Assembly (NCBI GenBank): GCA_037310415.1
Contig: CP147780.1
Location: 2,080,001 to 2,144,000, forward strand
DNA: 64,000 bases
Reading direction: 5' to 3'
DNA from: Candidatus Atabeyarchaeum deiterrae
Lineage (GTDB): Archaea; Asgardarchaeota; Atabeyarchaeia; Atabeyarchaeales; Atabeyarchaeaceae
The notes below the pieces were generated by a model. The model was not told where the DNA came from and searched no databases. It worked only from the letters and a program-made list of their open reading frames with translations. Numbering within the stretch: position 1 is the stretch's first letter; each line of letters starts with the position of its first letter. The position numbers were made by a program, and so were the translations under genes. Positions 17,893 to 28,290 of the stretch are shown one piece after another.

Positions 17893-20808
17893 CTAGAACT
17901 CTGTTCTCGCTATTATTTCGTCTTGGACAAGCCTGTCGAGATCCGTAAACAACGCACTGTAACCTGCAACTCGGACCACTAGGTCGCGGTGTTCTTCTGG
18001 GTGTTTCTGTGCTTCGAGTAGGTCTTCGCGGCTTACAAAGTTGCTTTGCATGTGCATGCCGCCCAGCTTAAAGTATGATTTGATTAGCGACTTCAAGTTC
18101 TCTATTCCTTCATCGCCTCGAAATGTGGTTGGATTGAACTTCAGAGCTAAGACGGCGCCATTCGACACGAGTTCATAGTTTAGTTTCGCTGCTGATTTTA
18201 GGAGGGCGGTTGGTCCAAATGCTGCGGTTCCAGGCTCAGGTGTGACTCCACACGATAATGCTTTGGTAGCTTTCCTGCCGTTCGGAAGGGCTCCGACCAG
18301 TAGACCAAATGTCACATGCATTGTTACTGAGTACAGGCCGGGCTGATACCATCCGCCTCTTGGGTTCTTGAATTTCTCGACTTCTTTGCAGTAGATCTCT
18401 CCGACCCGACGAGCATAGCTATCTGCCAAGTCGTTATCTGTCCCATACTTTGGAGCTTGGTTGACTAGCATTTGCCGGAGCGGTTCGTAGCCTACAAAGT
18501 TCTTGCTGAGTGCCTTAACAAGGTCACCCATTGATACCCTTCCTTCTCTGAAGACGAGTCGGTCGATTGCAGTCAATGCATCAGCGACCGTGGCAACCCC
18601 AACTCCCTGTGGTCCGGTGAAATTGTATACAGCTCCCCCTTGTGTGAGGTCTTTGCCTCTGGTCAGACAATCATCTGTTAGTGATGAAGCGAATGGAGTG
18701 GGCTTTATTTCTTCGTGCACTCTCGCGAGAACATCCAAGCCTTCTATCATTCTACTGACAAGGTATGCGACTTGCTTCTCGTAGGCTCGTGTCACGTCTT
18801 CCATTGACGTGAATGTGTTTGGGTCTCCAGTTTGAAGCCCGATCTGCCCTACCATGACTCTCCCTTTACCATCGTTTAAGGCGAGCTCGAGGCAGAGACC
18901 CAAGTTGAGCAGCGCAGCGTCAGAGGAAGTGAAGCTCTTTCCTGGAACAGCCGGTTCAACGCATCCGATGATCCCGTAGTTGCGGGCTTCTTTCAGTGGT
19001 ATCCCTTTCCGAGTCATTGACTTGATGACCAAGTCATCGTTAAATACGTGGGGCAGCGTTCCCATTTCGAGAGCTGCACTGCAGACTTCAGTAAGGAGTT
19101 TCTCTGGGGTTGATCTGTGGATTCTTATCCCGAAGTTTGGTTGAGGAGTTTTCACGCTTCTCGCAGCGTTTAGAATCACATATGACAGGTTATTGGTAGC
19201 GTCGTTTCCGTTCTCATCTATTCCACCTATTACAGCATTTGCGAAGGCAGTCAACCCGGCGAAAGCTATGCTGGCATCGGTGTCAAATAGCGGTATTACG
19301 CTGGACAGCTTGAGAAAGAAGCATTCAAGCAGTTCTTGAGCTTTGTCACTGCTTATTCTTCCTGCGTTCAGATCTGCTTGGTAGTACGGGCTCAGATATT
19401 GATCCATTCTCCCGAGAGAGATAGCAGACTCGTAGCTCTCCATTTGGCATGCAAGATGAGTAAAGAACATGGCTTGCAGGCACTCCTGGAATGTCTCCGA
19501 GGGATTCTCAGGAACTTTGGCGCATATCCTTGCAATCTCCTTGAGTTCTGCGCGTCGTTCCGGGTTTTTCTCTGCATCGGCCATTTGCCCAGCAAGTTCG
19601 CTGTGTCTGTTTGCGAAATGTATAACACTCTGGCACGCTATCTCTGTAGCGTCACAGAATTCGATTTTGTGCTGCATCTCAACGCTTCTAGGTTTACCTT
19701 CATCAAGTGCCTCCTGTCGCAGTTTCTTGGCCTCGTTGACTATCTGCTTGAGTCCAAGTTTCAGCACACGCTCATGGTTTATCAGCATGTGCCCAATTCC
19801 CGCTATCTCTGTTAAGATGAATACTCCAAGCCTATCGAATAAGTCGGCAACTTCTTTTGGCAAGTATTTTCTTGTCAGATCGACAATTGTTTTGCCCCGC
19901 CAGTAAGGAAATACCTTCTCTTGCAGTTCCCGCTTCTCATCTTCGGTTATGGTGAACGGATTCGTGCTTCTTTGTCCTATTCTGTTGAGTTCTCCTTCTA
20001 TCCGTGGTCCGAGTGCTGTCTCTGGGTAGACCCCTGCCGCAAGAGGCTTACTTGTGATATTGCCAACTATGAACTCGTCAGGATAGATGTTGACGGTGAG
20101 ATTGTCCAGAGTAAGCTTCAACGCTTTTGCCTGCCGGATGACGGCTGGCTCTCCCTCAGTTGATTTGTGAGATTCAGTGTAATATCTTGCTCTCTCGACA
20201 CATATCTCCCTCCGCTGTGTCAGGAAACGTTTCTTGAGGCGATTCACTCGCGACTCTGCGGAATCGGGCTCAGGGGACGGCTTAGGCGCACCTTCGTGAA
20301 CGCCTCCTTTTGTGGGCGTCTCACTAACGATGCCCAACTCTTTGCAGTACTCGATATACGTTCTTATGGTTTGGGGAAGTGTTCGTGTCATCTTTGTAAC
20401 GACGCTTCTGTCGCCATCAGTTCTCACGGAATCGGATCCGAATGCCTGAAAAGTGCTTAGTCTGCCTGAATACAGTTCATGAAACGTATTGGCACTTAGG
20501 GTCAAAGTCACGTCGGGTGTTTCCTTGGCTTTGCCTTGAAACACTCTCACGCGCTTTCCAGTTTTGGTATCGATAATGATGAAGACCTCTGGATATTCGA
20601 GATGAATTTGAATAATGGCATTTAAGTCCAACAATGCGTTGGCGACTTCTGGATTTCTATTGGCTCTTCTGTAGAATTCCACCAAGAACTCTTCAGCTTG
20701 TCTTGGATTCTTTAAGTAAGGGAATTCATCCTTTTCGATTGCTGTTCTTGCAGTTGAAGACATGTGTGGTCTCCTCTCCTGCCGCCCCGCTTCTGACGGG
20801 TGATTCAC
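17893..20808 (-). CDS. glycyl radical enzyme (PFL2/dehydratase-like) with N-terminal SCP2 domain (likely start 20763)
   Basis: ICVERA, GRMDQ, GIIGCVEP Cys loop, VRVAGYSA Gly loop; N-terminal PDVTLTLSANTF..SGRLS.FQAF..V..DGD SCP2 pattern. Confidence 0.88.
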   Translation of the reverse strand: MNHPSEAGRQERRPHMSSTARTAIEKDEFPYLKNPRQAEEFLVEFYRRANRNPEVANALLDLNAIIQIHLEYPEVFIIIDTKTGKRVRVFQGKAKETPDVTLTLSANTFHELYSGRLSTFQAFGSDSVRTDGDRSVVTKMTRTLPQTIRTYIEYCKELGIVSETPTKGGVHEGAPKPSPEPDSAESRVNRLKKRFLTQRREICVERARYYTESHKSTEGEPAVIRQAKALKLTLDNLTVNIYPDEFIVGNITSKPLAAGVYPETALGPRIEGELNRIGQRSTNPFTITEDEKRELQEKVFPYWRGKTIVDLTRKYLPKEVADLFDRLGVFILTEIAGIGHMLINHERVLKLGLKQIVNEAKKLRQEALDEGKPRSVEMQHKIEFCDATEIACQSVIHFANRHSELAGQMADAEKNPERRAELKEIARICAKVPENPSETFQECLQAMFFTHLACQMESYESAISLGRMDQYLSPYYQADLNAGRISSDKAQELLECFFLKLSSVIPLFDTDASIAFAGLTAFANAVIGGIDENGNDATNNLSYVILNAARSVKTPQPNFGIRIHRSTPEKLLTEVCSAALEMGTLPHVFNDDLVIKSMTRKGIPLKEARNYGIIGCVEPAVPGKSFTSSDAALLNLGLCLELALNDGKGRVMVGQIGLQTGDPNTFTSMEDVTRAYEKQVAYLVSRMIEGLDVLARVHEEIKPTPFASSLTDDCLTRGKDLTQGGAVYNFTGPQGVGVATVADALTAIDRLVFREGRVSMGDLVKALSKNFVGYEPLRQMLVNQAPKYGTDNDLADSYARRVGEIYCKEVEKFKNPRGGWYQPGLYSVTMHVTFGLLVGALPNGRKATKALSCGVTPEPGTAAFGPTALLKSAAKLNYELVSNGAVLALKFNPTTFRGDEGIENLKSLIKSYFKLGGMHMQSNFVSREDLLEAQKHPEEHRDLVVRVAGYSALFTDLDRLVQDEIIARTEF

Positions 20809-21078
20809 CGTGAGGGTTAATGAGATATCGGTTCTGCTTGACCGAGTTACTAATAGGTCAGTCTATCCAATATAATATAGTTATTCAATTGCATCACGGG
20901 GGACAACAACTGAACCTAGACGAGAGAAACCGAGCGTGTTCGATAGATGATGCGCACTTAACTTTGGTGTAGCGATTTCACGATGTGTGTCAAGGTTGCA
21001 AAGAAAGATTTACAATGGGGAAGATACATAGAGATCGTGTTTGAAGACAGTTGCAGTTGAGAAGGATGAAAGAGTCGA

Positions 21079-21804
21079 GTGAGTCGAAACATGGAATCGA
21101 GACCCAAGGACGGAGAAACGGCTTCTGAATGGCTTAAAAGAGCTAATCAACTTGCAGAACTGGGCAAATTCGAGCAAGCATTGAAGGACTATGATAAAGC
21201 AATCAGACTAGACCCGAAATGTGTCGAAGCATGGGATAGAAGAGGCGTCGCCCTTTACGAACTCAGCAGATTTGATGAAGCATTCCAAAGCTACGATGAA
21301 GCCATCAAGTTGAACCCAAGATTTGTCGAAGCACTCAATGACAAAGGTCTTGCCCTGTACGGTATCGGATTGTTCGAAGAGGCCTTGGAGTGCTACGATG
21401 AAGCCATTAGAGTAGACCCGAGGAACAGTCAAACCTGGAACAGGAGAGGAGTCGCGCTCCACAGTCTCGGCAGGATTCAGGAAGCATTGAGATGCTACGA
21501 GCGAGTCAATAAAATGAACCCGGAGCTGGTCGACGCGTGGTACAACGAAGGTTTTGCTCTCAATGATATTCGCAAGTTTAGTGAAGCCGTCAAGTGCTTC
21601 AATGAAGTGCTCAAGACCAAACCAGAGCATATTTACGCACTCATTGACCGGGGATTCGCTCTGTACAATCTTGGTCGGTTCGAAGAAGCGCTTGAAAGCT
21701 ATGACAAGGTATTGAGAATTGATACTTCTCTTGGTCAGGCAAGAGAGGGCAAGAAGCTAGCTGAAGAACAGCTGAGAGAAAGAGGAGCCAATGGTCATTC
21801 CTGA
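21079..21804 (+). CDS. TPR repeat protein
   Basis: About six 34-aa repeats (G.AL..LG.FEEAL..YD.AI..P). Confidence 0.92.
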   Translation: MSRNMESRPKDGETASEWLKRANQLAELGKFEQALKDYDKAIRLDPKCVEAWDRRGVALYELSRFDEAFQSYDEAIKLNPRFVEALNDKGLALYGIGLFEEALECYDEAIRVDPRNSQTWNRRGVALHSLGRIQEALRCYERVNKMNPELVDAWYNEGFALNDIRKFSEAVKCFNEVLKTKPEHIYALIDRGFALYNLGRFEEALESYDKVLRIDTSLGQAREGKKLAEEQLRERGANGHS

Positions 21805-21834
21805 GGGCACGGTGTCGGCGCGCCGCATTCAAGC

Positions 21835-22995
21835 TTAGAAATCGATTGATTTGTTCCTGAGCATACAGTCGAATATCTTTGTGAAGTCTTCATTTGTTGC
21901 GTTTCTTGGGCTTGTAAAAGAGGTCGGATCCTCTGAAGAGAATTTCACCAAATTGGGAATCAACTTTTCGAATTTGGCATCTGCGATGCCTAGACCCCTG
22001 ATTGTTGTTGGGAGTTGTATCTTGGTGAGCAATTCCCTGATCATGGCTGAGAGCCTCTTAGCCGGATCCTCAGGTGCGGCTCCCTTGATGTCAAGCATTC
22101 TTAGAATCTGAGAGTATCTTTCTTTGGATGTTTCAGCACAGAACTCTATCGCGTAAGGAAGCGCAAATCCCACCGCCGCTCCATGAGGAAGATGCAGTAG
22201 GGCACCTATGCTGTGTCCCATGGCGTGAGCGATTCCGAGACCCGAGTTGTTCATAGCAATTCCTGCGAAGGTTGCCGCGTAGTGCATCTTCTCCATCGCC
22301 GTCTCATCACCTGTCTTGAAGGATTTCTCAAGGTATTCGAATACGGTTTGGATAGCCTTCATCGCGTGCGCGTCACTGAAGTCAGTGTGCATCTGGGTGA
22401 TGTATGATTCAATGCCGTGAGCGAGAACGTCAATCCCAGTGGTTGCTCTGAGCTTCGGTGGCATTCTATAAGCTAGCGTTGGATCCAAGATAGCAACATC
22501 TGGAACCAATTCGTAACAGGCTAGCGACATTTTGTTGCCGCTCTCCGAGTCGGTGATGACGCATCCTAGACTTGCCTCCGATCCTGTTCCTGATGTTGTT
22601 GGGATGGCTATTAGCTTCGCTTTGGTTCTGAGATTGTATGTCTCTAAGGGGCTCATATTGCACAGCTTCACGTCGGGTCGCTCATAGTTGAAGAATGTTC
22701 CTTTTGCGACGTCTATCGAGGAGCCTCCACCGAGCCCAATGATCAGGTCTGGTTCGAATTCTGTTGCTAGCTGGACACAGCGCGCCACGGTTGTGTCCTT
22801 CGGGTCGGGCTCAACTTCGTCGAAAACCGCAACCTTGGTGCCGCCATCCTTCAGACGCTTCTGGACTTCGTCGACTACCCCCAAATTCTTGAGCGTCTTA
22901 TCAGTGACGAGTAAGACGCGTTCCGCTTTGATTTCTGCTATCCTATCTATGGCGCCCGTGCCGAAATAGATTAGAGGACACTTGAACAATTTCAA
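21835..22995 (-). CDS. iron-containing alcohol dehydrogenase
   Basis: GGGSSID, PTTSGTGSE, DxxxH, HAMGH, HG metal ligands. Confidence 0.93.
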   Translation of the reverse strand: MKLFKCPLIYFGTGAIDRIAEIKAERVLLVTDKTLKNLGVVDEVQKRLKDGGTKVAVFDEVEPDPKDTTVARCVQLATEFEPDLIIGLGGGSSIDVAKGTFFNYERPDVKLCNMSPLETYNLRTKAKLIAIPTTSGTGSEASLGCVITDSESGNKMSLACYELVPDVAILDPTLAYRMPPKLRATTGIDVLAHGIESYITQMHTDFSDAHAMKAIQTVFEYLEKSFKTGDETAMEKMHYAATFAGIAMNNSGLGIAHAMGHSIGALLHLPHGAAVGFALPYAIEFCAETSKERYSQILRMLDIKGAAPEDPAKRLSAMIRELLTKIQLPTTIRGLGIADAKFEKLIPNLVKFSSEDPTSFTSPRNATNEDFTKIFDCMLRNKSIDF

Positions 22996-23169
22996 GACCT
23001 CGCAATTGCTGCTAGTGATAGTATATGAATACGATTTGACAAGGCAACAATATACTAATTGTGCCTAGCATGACACATAAGTATTTAAGGAATATCGAAT
23101 CAGACTCTTAGAAAAAGGAGATCAGTATTTCCTTCAAAGGAGGGAAAGAGTCTGAGAAAGTTCGATCTG

Positions 23170-23352
23170 TTGCTTTTCCTGTGGGGCGCTATTACGTCTT
23201 TGTTGGTGTTTGTAGCATATTTCCTGTATGGCATGGCTGGCACGCCCGGGATAGCCGATGTTGCAGGTCGCATCATGTTTGCTTATGTGATCCTCGGAGC
23301 GGTGGTCGTAGGAGCCTTTGTGGCCAGCATCTACATTGCAGCGAAATCTTAG
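23170..23352 (+). CDS. small two-TM membrane protein
   Basis: 60 aa with two hydrophobic helices. Confidence 0.45.
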   Translation: MLFLWGAITSLLVFVAYFLYGMAGTPGIADVAGRIMFAYVILGAVVVGAFVASIYIAAKS

Positions 23353-23391
23353 GTCTGAGACAAGAGTGCTCCCAAGAGTCGGCTTCTCTTT

Positions 23392-24546
23392 TTAGAAGTC
23401 AATAGGCTTGTCTTTCGTCATGTACTCCAGTATCGTTGTGAACTCTTTTGTCGTGGGTACTCTGGGACTTGTGAATGTGCACAAGTCTCCTGCAGCGAAC
23501 CCCGCCATGGTCGGGATCTTGCTTCTGAATTCGTCTTGATCGATTTCAAGATCCTTTATTGAGGTGGGTTCCTTGATCTCCGTCATTAGGCCCTTCACCG
23601 CAGTGAGTAGTTTCTGAGCTGAGCTCTCTTGCGTGGCGCCCTCTACTCCGATAGCCCTGAGGAGTTCCAAGTACTTGTCCTTGGCCGTCTTGGTGCAGTA
23701 CTCTATCGTGTAAGGCAGCGCCCATCCAACTGCTTGTCCATGTGGTAGGTGAAATGCTGAGCCTACCGCATGACCAAGGCTGTGAGCAATGCCAAGACCG
23801 GAGTAGCTCATCGCCGATCCAGCGAGACTCGCGGCGTAGTGCATCTCTTCCATTGCTATCTCGTTGCCAGTCTTATACGATTGCCCAAGATAGCGGAAGA
23901 CTGTCTGAATAGCCTTGATGGCTGACGCACTTGTGAATTGGTTGCTCATTTTGGTAAGGAGGCTCTCTACTGCGTGAACAAGGGCATCAAGACCCGTGTC
24001 TGCCCTGAGTTTCGGCGGCATTTTGAAGGCCAACTGTGGATCCAGAATAGCAACGTCTGGAACCAATTCAAATGATGTAAGAGTTAGCTTCCTCCCCGAC
24101 TTGGAATCTGTGACAGCGAGTCCGATGCTCACCTCAGAACCTGTTCCTGATGTAGTCGGTATCGCCACAAGCCTTGCCTTCTTCCTCAAGCCATAATTTA
24201 CTAGAGGGCTGACAGTAGCAAGCTTAACATCAGGTCGTTCGTACAATAGAAAGGCGCCTTTCGCAACGTCTATTGGAGATCCTCCGCCCAGCCCCATGAA
24301 CAAATCTGGCTTGAACGCCGCTGCGATCTCAGCACAGCTGGAAACGGTTGAGTCTTTCGGTTCAGGTTCAACCTCGTCGAAGGTCTTTATCTCTGAGAAC
24401 TTTCCTTTTAGGTGCTTCTCTAATTCACTCAGAAACCCCAGCGCCCTGATCTTCTTATCCGTGACTATCAGAGCCCGTTCTCCTTTGAGATTGGCGATTC
24501 TTCCGATCGCGCCTTTGCCAAAGTATATCAAGGGACTCTTAAACAA
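23392..24546 (-). CDS. iron-containing alcohol dehydrogenase (paralog)
   Basis: GGGSPID, PTTSGTGSE, DALVH, HSLGH. Confidence 0.93.
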   Translation of the reverse strand: MFKSPLIYFGKGAIGRIANLKGERALIVTDKKIRALGFLSELEKHLKGKFSEIKTFDEVEPEPKDSTVSSCAEIAAAFKPDLFMGLGGGSPIDVAKGAFLLYERPDVKLATVSPLVNYGLRKKARLVAIPTTSGTGSEVSIGLAVTDSKSGRKLTLTSFELVPDVAILDPQLAFKMPPKLRADTGLDALVHAVESLLTKMSNQFTSASAIKAIQTVFRYLGQSYKTGNEIAMEEMHYAASLAGSAMSYSGLGIAHSLGHAVGSAFHLPHGQAVGWALPYTIEYCTKTAKDKYLELLRAIGVEGATQESSAQKLLTAVKGLMTEIKEPTSIKDLEIDQDEFRSKIPTMAGFAAGDLCTFTSPRVPTTKEFTTILEYMTKDKPIDF

Positions 24547-24765
24547 TTGCGAAACCTCCGATCTGCGGTCTTCTTTGCGACGACTAGTCTACTCACTGCA
24601 TGATTGGCCAGCATTCACGGTAACGCCCAGTATGCAGGCACTCAAGATATAAATCCTGATGGCTCTCGGACAAAAAGAAGGGAGAAGATGAACAACACCA
24701 TGACTGTTCTATTGTCACTGAACGTAGCGCACAGCTGGTTATCTCCAACCTCGTCTTCGACAAAA

Positions 24766-25179
24766 CTACCATGGGAAACCTTTTGCCATCACCGTGAGCG
24801 TGTAAGTCATCATCGCTGTTCCACTAACTTGAACTGTGTGAGCTCCGAATGCAGAGAACCACGAAGAGTAACCAGTCGTGTTAGTTGACGGAACACTAAA
24901 AGTGGTTGAATCGAAGACAATGCTGCCGGCATTGTCCCTGACTATAATGCGGTAGAGACCTGTCCCACTGCATGTAAAGACAATTTGGGCTGACGACTTT
25001 GGAAATAGAATTGAGAACGGATAGGTATGGCTGGCAACACCGCTCAGAGTGCCTGACTCGTTAAGCACCGCTGAAGGATACGCCAAGACAAGGTAACCCA
25101 TTATAGAAGCGACCATGACCACGAGGATTGCCGCCACTATCTTTGTTTTTCCACTCGCTCTTCCCATTCCTTCTCTCAC
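24766..25179 (-). CDS. membrane-anchored/secreted beta-rich protein
   Basis: Basic N-terminus, TM helix, Ser/Thr-rich beta domain. Confidence 0.55.
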   Translation of the reverse strand: MREGMGRASGKTKIVAAILVVMVASIMGYLVLAYPSAVLNESGTLSGVASHTYPFSILFPKSSAQIVFTCSGTGLYRIIVRDNAGSIVFDSTTFSVPSTNTTGYSSWFSAFGAHTVQVSGTAMMTYTLTVMAKGFPW

Positions 25180-25751
25180 CCCCCTTCATTTGCGGACGCT
25201 AATAGTCACCTCTATTGGGACGAGGTAATTAAAGGGTTCTGTTACGACAGTTATTTATGTTCAATCTTTCCTCCAATCAATTGCTGTATTGAATTCATTC
25301 CTCCGATTGCAGTCCCTACCAATGTTACAGAGTGCTATCTCAATCAATAGTTCTATCGTCATTTCGAAGAAGAGAGAAACACTAATCTGAAAGGAGCATA
25401 ACTCGACAGACTAGTCACTATGTCATCTACCGTTGATCATTAACCTAAAATACTTGAATGTGTAGATAGATTGCTCGAGGTTAAGGGCGAGTACTACTAC
25501 AATCTTTGACCCAAGGGAGCAAACTGATCATTTCGTCCACGCCAGTTACATGTTAGTAAGATGCCTTGCCCGCTGATGAGGCTTGCGAGGTTTGAGTAAT
25601 CGCTACGAAAAAGATAAGAGAGCAATCAGACGCAGTCACACCCACATGATCGTCAACATGTGCGATGCTTTCATTGCGAAAGATGAACTCGATGCATGTC
25701 ATCCGGACTCTCGAAGGTCCGGCAACACTCAGGCAGGACGGGTAGTAGTCT

Positions 25752-26657
25752 ATGGGGAAGGTAAGTATCACTGATCATTTGTTCTTGATAACAGCTAGAG
25801 ATCCGAAGAGGTTTCCGTATTCCAATTCTCTCCTCATAGACGACGAAGTGAAAGGTCTGGTGGACACTGGTCTTGACTCAGCTCAACTCAAGAAGCTGGC
25901 AAATGAAAACAAGATTGATATTCTTATTAATTCGCATTATCACATTGACCATGTTAGAGGAAACTGGATGTTTCCAAACGCGTCGCTCTATGCGCCAACA
26001 CAAGATGCGTTGGCGATCAGTTCATATGATAAGTTCCTTGAGATGACTGGGTTCAACAAGAACAAAAAGCTCGTCAAGTTCTTCGAGAAGAACAGGCCCG
26101 AACTTTTTGGCGTGAGAGAAAAGATCAGGATCAAGGTAAGGTTCAAGGACAATTACGAATTTGACTTCGGCGAGACCAACCTGAGGGTTATCCATTCTCC
26201 CGGACACACCCCCGGTCACTCTTGTTTCTATGAACCCCGAAGCAAGATACTGTACTCTACCGATGTGGACTTGACGTCGTTTGGACCATGGTACGGTAAC
26301 GCTTCATCAGACATAGAAGACTTCATAAATTCAATTGAACGCCTTCACCATCTCAGACCCAGAGTCGTCATGACGAGTCACAGTGGACCATTCGAAGGCC
26401 AGGACAGGATAGATCTCCTATTCGATAAATATATCGACGTAATCTATAAGCGGGACGAGAAAATACTTGATCTGTTGAAAAAGGAGCGAACGCTCGACGA
26501 CCTCGTAGGTAGAGGGATAATATATCCTAAACCTAAGCAACCAATGGAAATGTTCCACTTCTTCGAAGAGGTGATGTTGCAGAAACATCTTGACCGACTC
26601 GTGGAAATGGGTGATGTATCTCGAGTAGACAAGGACAAGTACAAAGCTGAGCCCTAA
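25752..26657 (+). CDS. metallo-beta-lactamase fold hydrolase with C-terminal wH
   Basis: SHYHIDH, PGHTPGH, D, SH motifs. Confidence 0.9.
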   Translation: MGKVSITDHLFLITARDPKRFPYSNSLLIDDEVKGLVDTGLDSAQLKKLANENKIDILINSHYHIDHVRGNWMFPNASLYAPTQDALAISSYDKFLEMTGFNKNKKLVKFFEKNRPELFGVREKIRIKVRFKDNYEFDFGETNLRVIHSPGHTPGHSCFYEPRSKILYSTDVDLTSFGPWYGNASSDIEDFINSIERLHHLRPRVVMTSHSGPFEGQDRIDLLFDKYIDVIYKRDEKILDLLKKERTLDDLVGRGIIYPKPKQPMEMFHFFEEVMLQKHLDRLVEMGDVSRVDKDKYKAEP

Positions 26658-26757
26658 AGAACGTCTTTTATGATCACTTAACGTTGACTAAGCTCTTTTC
26701 GCAACCTGCAACATCATTCTAAAAGTAGTTTCTAACATAGATCATGGAGGGCCGAAA

Positions 26758-27513
26758 TTGCTGATCGATGTTCATTGCCACATAGATGACAAATCCTTCG
26801 ACAATGACAGGGAAGAGGTCCTAGGAAGAGCTAGCAACGTGGTAGTTCTTAACGCGGGGGTCGATCCATCCAGCAACAGGAAAACCCTCGAGATCACGGA
26901 CAAGTACAGAAACGTGAAAGCATGCCTAGGTCTTCACCCTGAATTCATAGCGAACTTTTCGGAGTATGTCATAGGAAAAGAAATAACTTGGATCAGTAGC
27001 CAAGCGAAGCGGATTGTGGCTATCTCGGAAATCGGATTGGACTATTACTGGGTCAAGGATGAGGAGCAACGGGAGAAACAGAGAATTCTTTTCAGAAGGA
27101 TGCTGGCGCTTGCTGATGATCTGGGTCTTCCGGTCATCGTTCATTCGCGGGACGCTCCAAAGGATACGTTGAGTATTCTACGAGAGTTTCCGCGACTGAA
27201 AGTAGTTCTTCATGGTTTCAGCGAGCCAGACAACATGGGATACTTTGTTTCAGTGGCGCCAAACATATGTCGAAACAAGATGAAGCAGAGGCAGGTCGCG
27301 GTTTTGCCTATGGAGGTTCTGCTTACAGAGACAGATTCGCCGCTGTTGGGGATAGATCCAAAAGAGAGGAATGAACCGAGGAATGTGTTACAGGTCGTCA
27401 AGAAGATATCTGAATTGAGAGACATGAGCGCAGAAGCTGCCATAGCAGCAATCTCGCGTAACGCCAAAAACCTCTTCCCATCTTGGTGGGATTACAATGA
27501 TGACCCGCGCTAA
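26758..27513 (+). CDS. tatD: TatD family deoxyribonuclease
   Basis: DVHCH, GLHP, EIGLDY, VHSR, ETDSP. Confidence 0.92.
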   Translation: MLIDVHCHIDDKSFDNDREEVLGRASNVVVLNAGVDPSSNRKTLEITDKYRNVKACLGLHPEFIANFSEYVIGKEITWISSQAKRIVAISEIGLDYYWVKDEEQREKQRILFRRMLALADDLGLPVIVHSRDAPKDTLSILREFPRLKVVLHGFSEPDNMGYFVSVAPNICRNKMKQRQVAVLPMEVLLTETDSPLLGIDPKERNEPRNVLQVVKKISELRDMSAEAAIAAISRNAKNLFPSWWDYNDDPR

Positions 27514-27572
27514 ACTGCGAAGCCACCGAAGCTCCCGATAGAAGGCAAGAGACGTTCTCACTCAGTCCATTT

Positions 27573-28094
27573 CTATTCTCTCAGAAGTCCTTCTATTACG
27601 CTTGTCGAAACTTGATAGGCTGATTCATCAAGGACAGAAATAGGATAGATCTTGATGTCCTTGAATGTCTCTTCCAGTTCTTCGACTGTCAAGACGTGTT
27701 TATCCCACTTTGTTACCAGAACATAGACCTCAGCATCAGGAGAGTTTCTTCTCAGGTTTTCATGGTACTTGCGGAAAAGCTTGGAGGCACCCTCCAGATT
27801 CTCCTTAGATGATGAATCTACCATGAAAAGGAAAACTGATACCTTTCCGAAAAGAGTCGGTATCCACTGGTCCGTCGAATAGGTGTCTACGAAGCTTGTC
27901 TGCCCGCCACAGTCAAATGCGGAGACCATCACACCCTCTGAACCCTTAAACTCATAAAGGGATATGCCAACGCCGAAAGTTGGTCTGTATTCTTCAATTT
28001 CACTGAATTCCTTTTTCTCGAAGACATGCTTGATGAAGGTCGTCTTTCCTGACGATGGTAGTCCCATTATGAGTATCTTCAGTATTTTTGGCAT
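27573..28094 (-). CDS. RagA/Gtr1-like small GTPase, G domain only
   Basis: GLPSSGKT, PT, DCGGQ, NSPDA..LVTKWD, ISV. Confidence 0.85.
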   Translation of the reverse strand: MPKILKILIMGLPSSGKTTFIKHVFEKKEFSEIEEYRPTFGVGISLYEFKGSEGVMVSAFDCGGQTSFVDTYSTDQWIPTLFGKVSVFLFMVDSSSKENLEGASKLFRKYHENLRRNSPDAEVYVLVTKWDKHVLTVEELEETFKDIKIYPISVLDESAYQVSTSVIEGLLRE

Positions 28095-28290
28095 TCTTTC
28101 GTTAACACCTAGCTATTGCTATTCTGATTCATGCGACCCATCAAGCTGCGAGCGTCAACTCCAAGATCCTTCTCGACGCAAGACGAACTCCCAATACAAC
28201 TATGCCGCGCAATTCCATATAACCGTATTCTGTTGAAAGACTTCTTTGGTGTGATTCACAAGTAGACCAGACACGTGACAAGAGCATTAC

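Noticed and set aside
17893-20808. GRE as alkylsuccinate/benzylsuccinate synthase feeding the mutase cluster
   Set aside because: The Cys loop is GCVEP (eliminase/PFL2 type), not the LCMSP-type of fumarate-adding enzymes; no small subunits; the mutase has the RQY signature of methylmalonyl-CoA mutase and lies over 20 kb away
21079-21804. Nucleotide periodicity suggesting a DNA repeat array
   Set aside because: Explained by 34-aa TPR coding repeats
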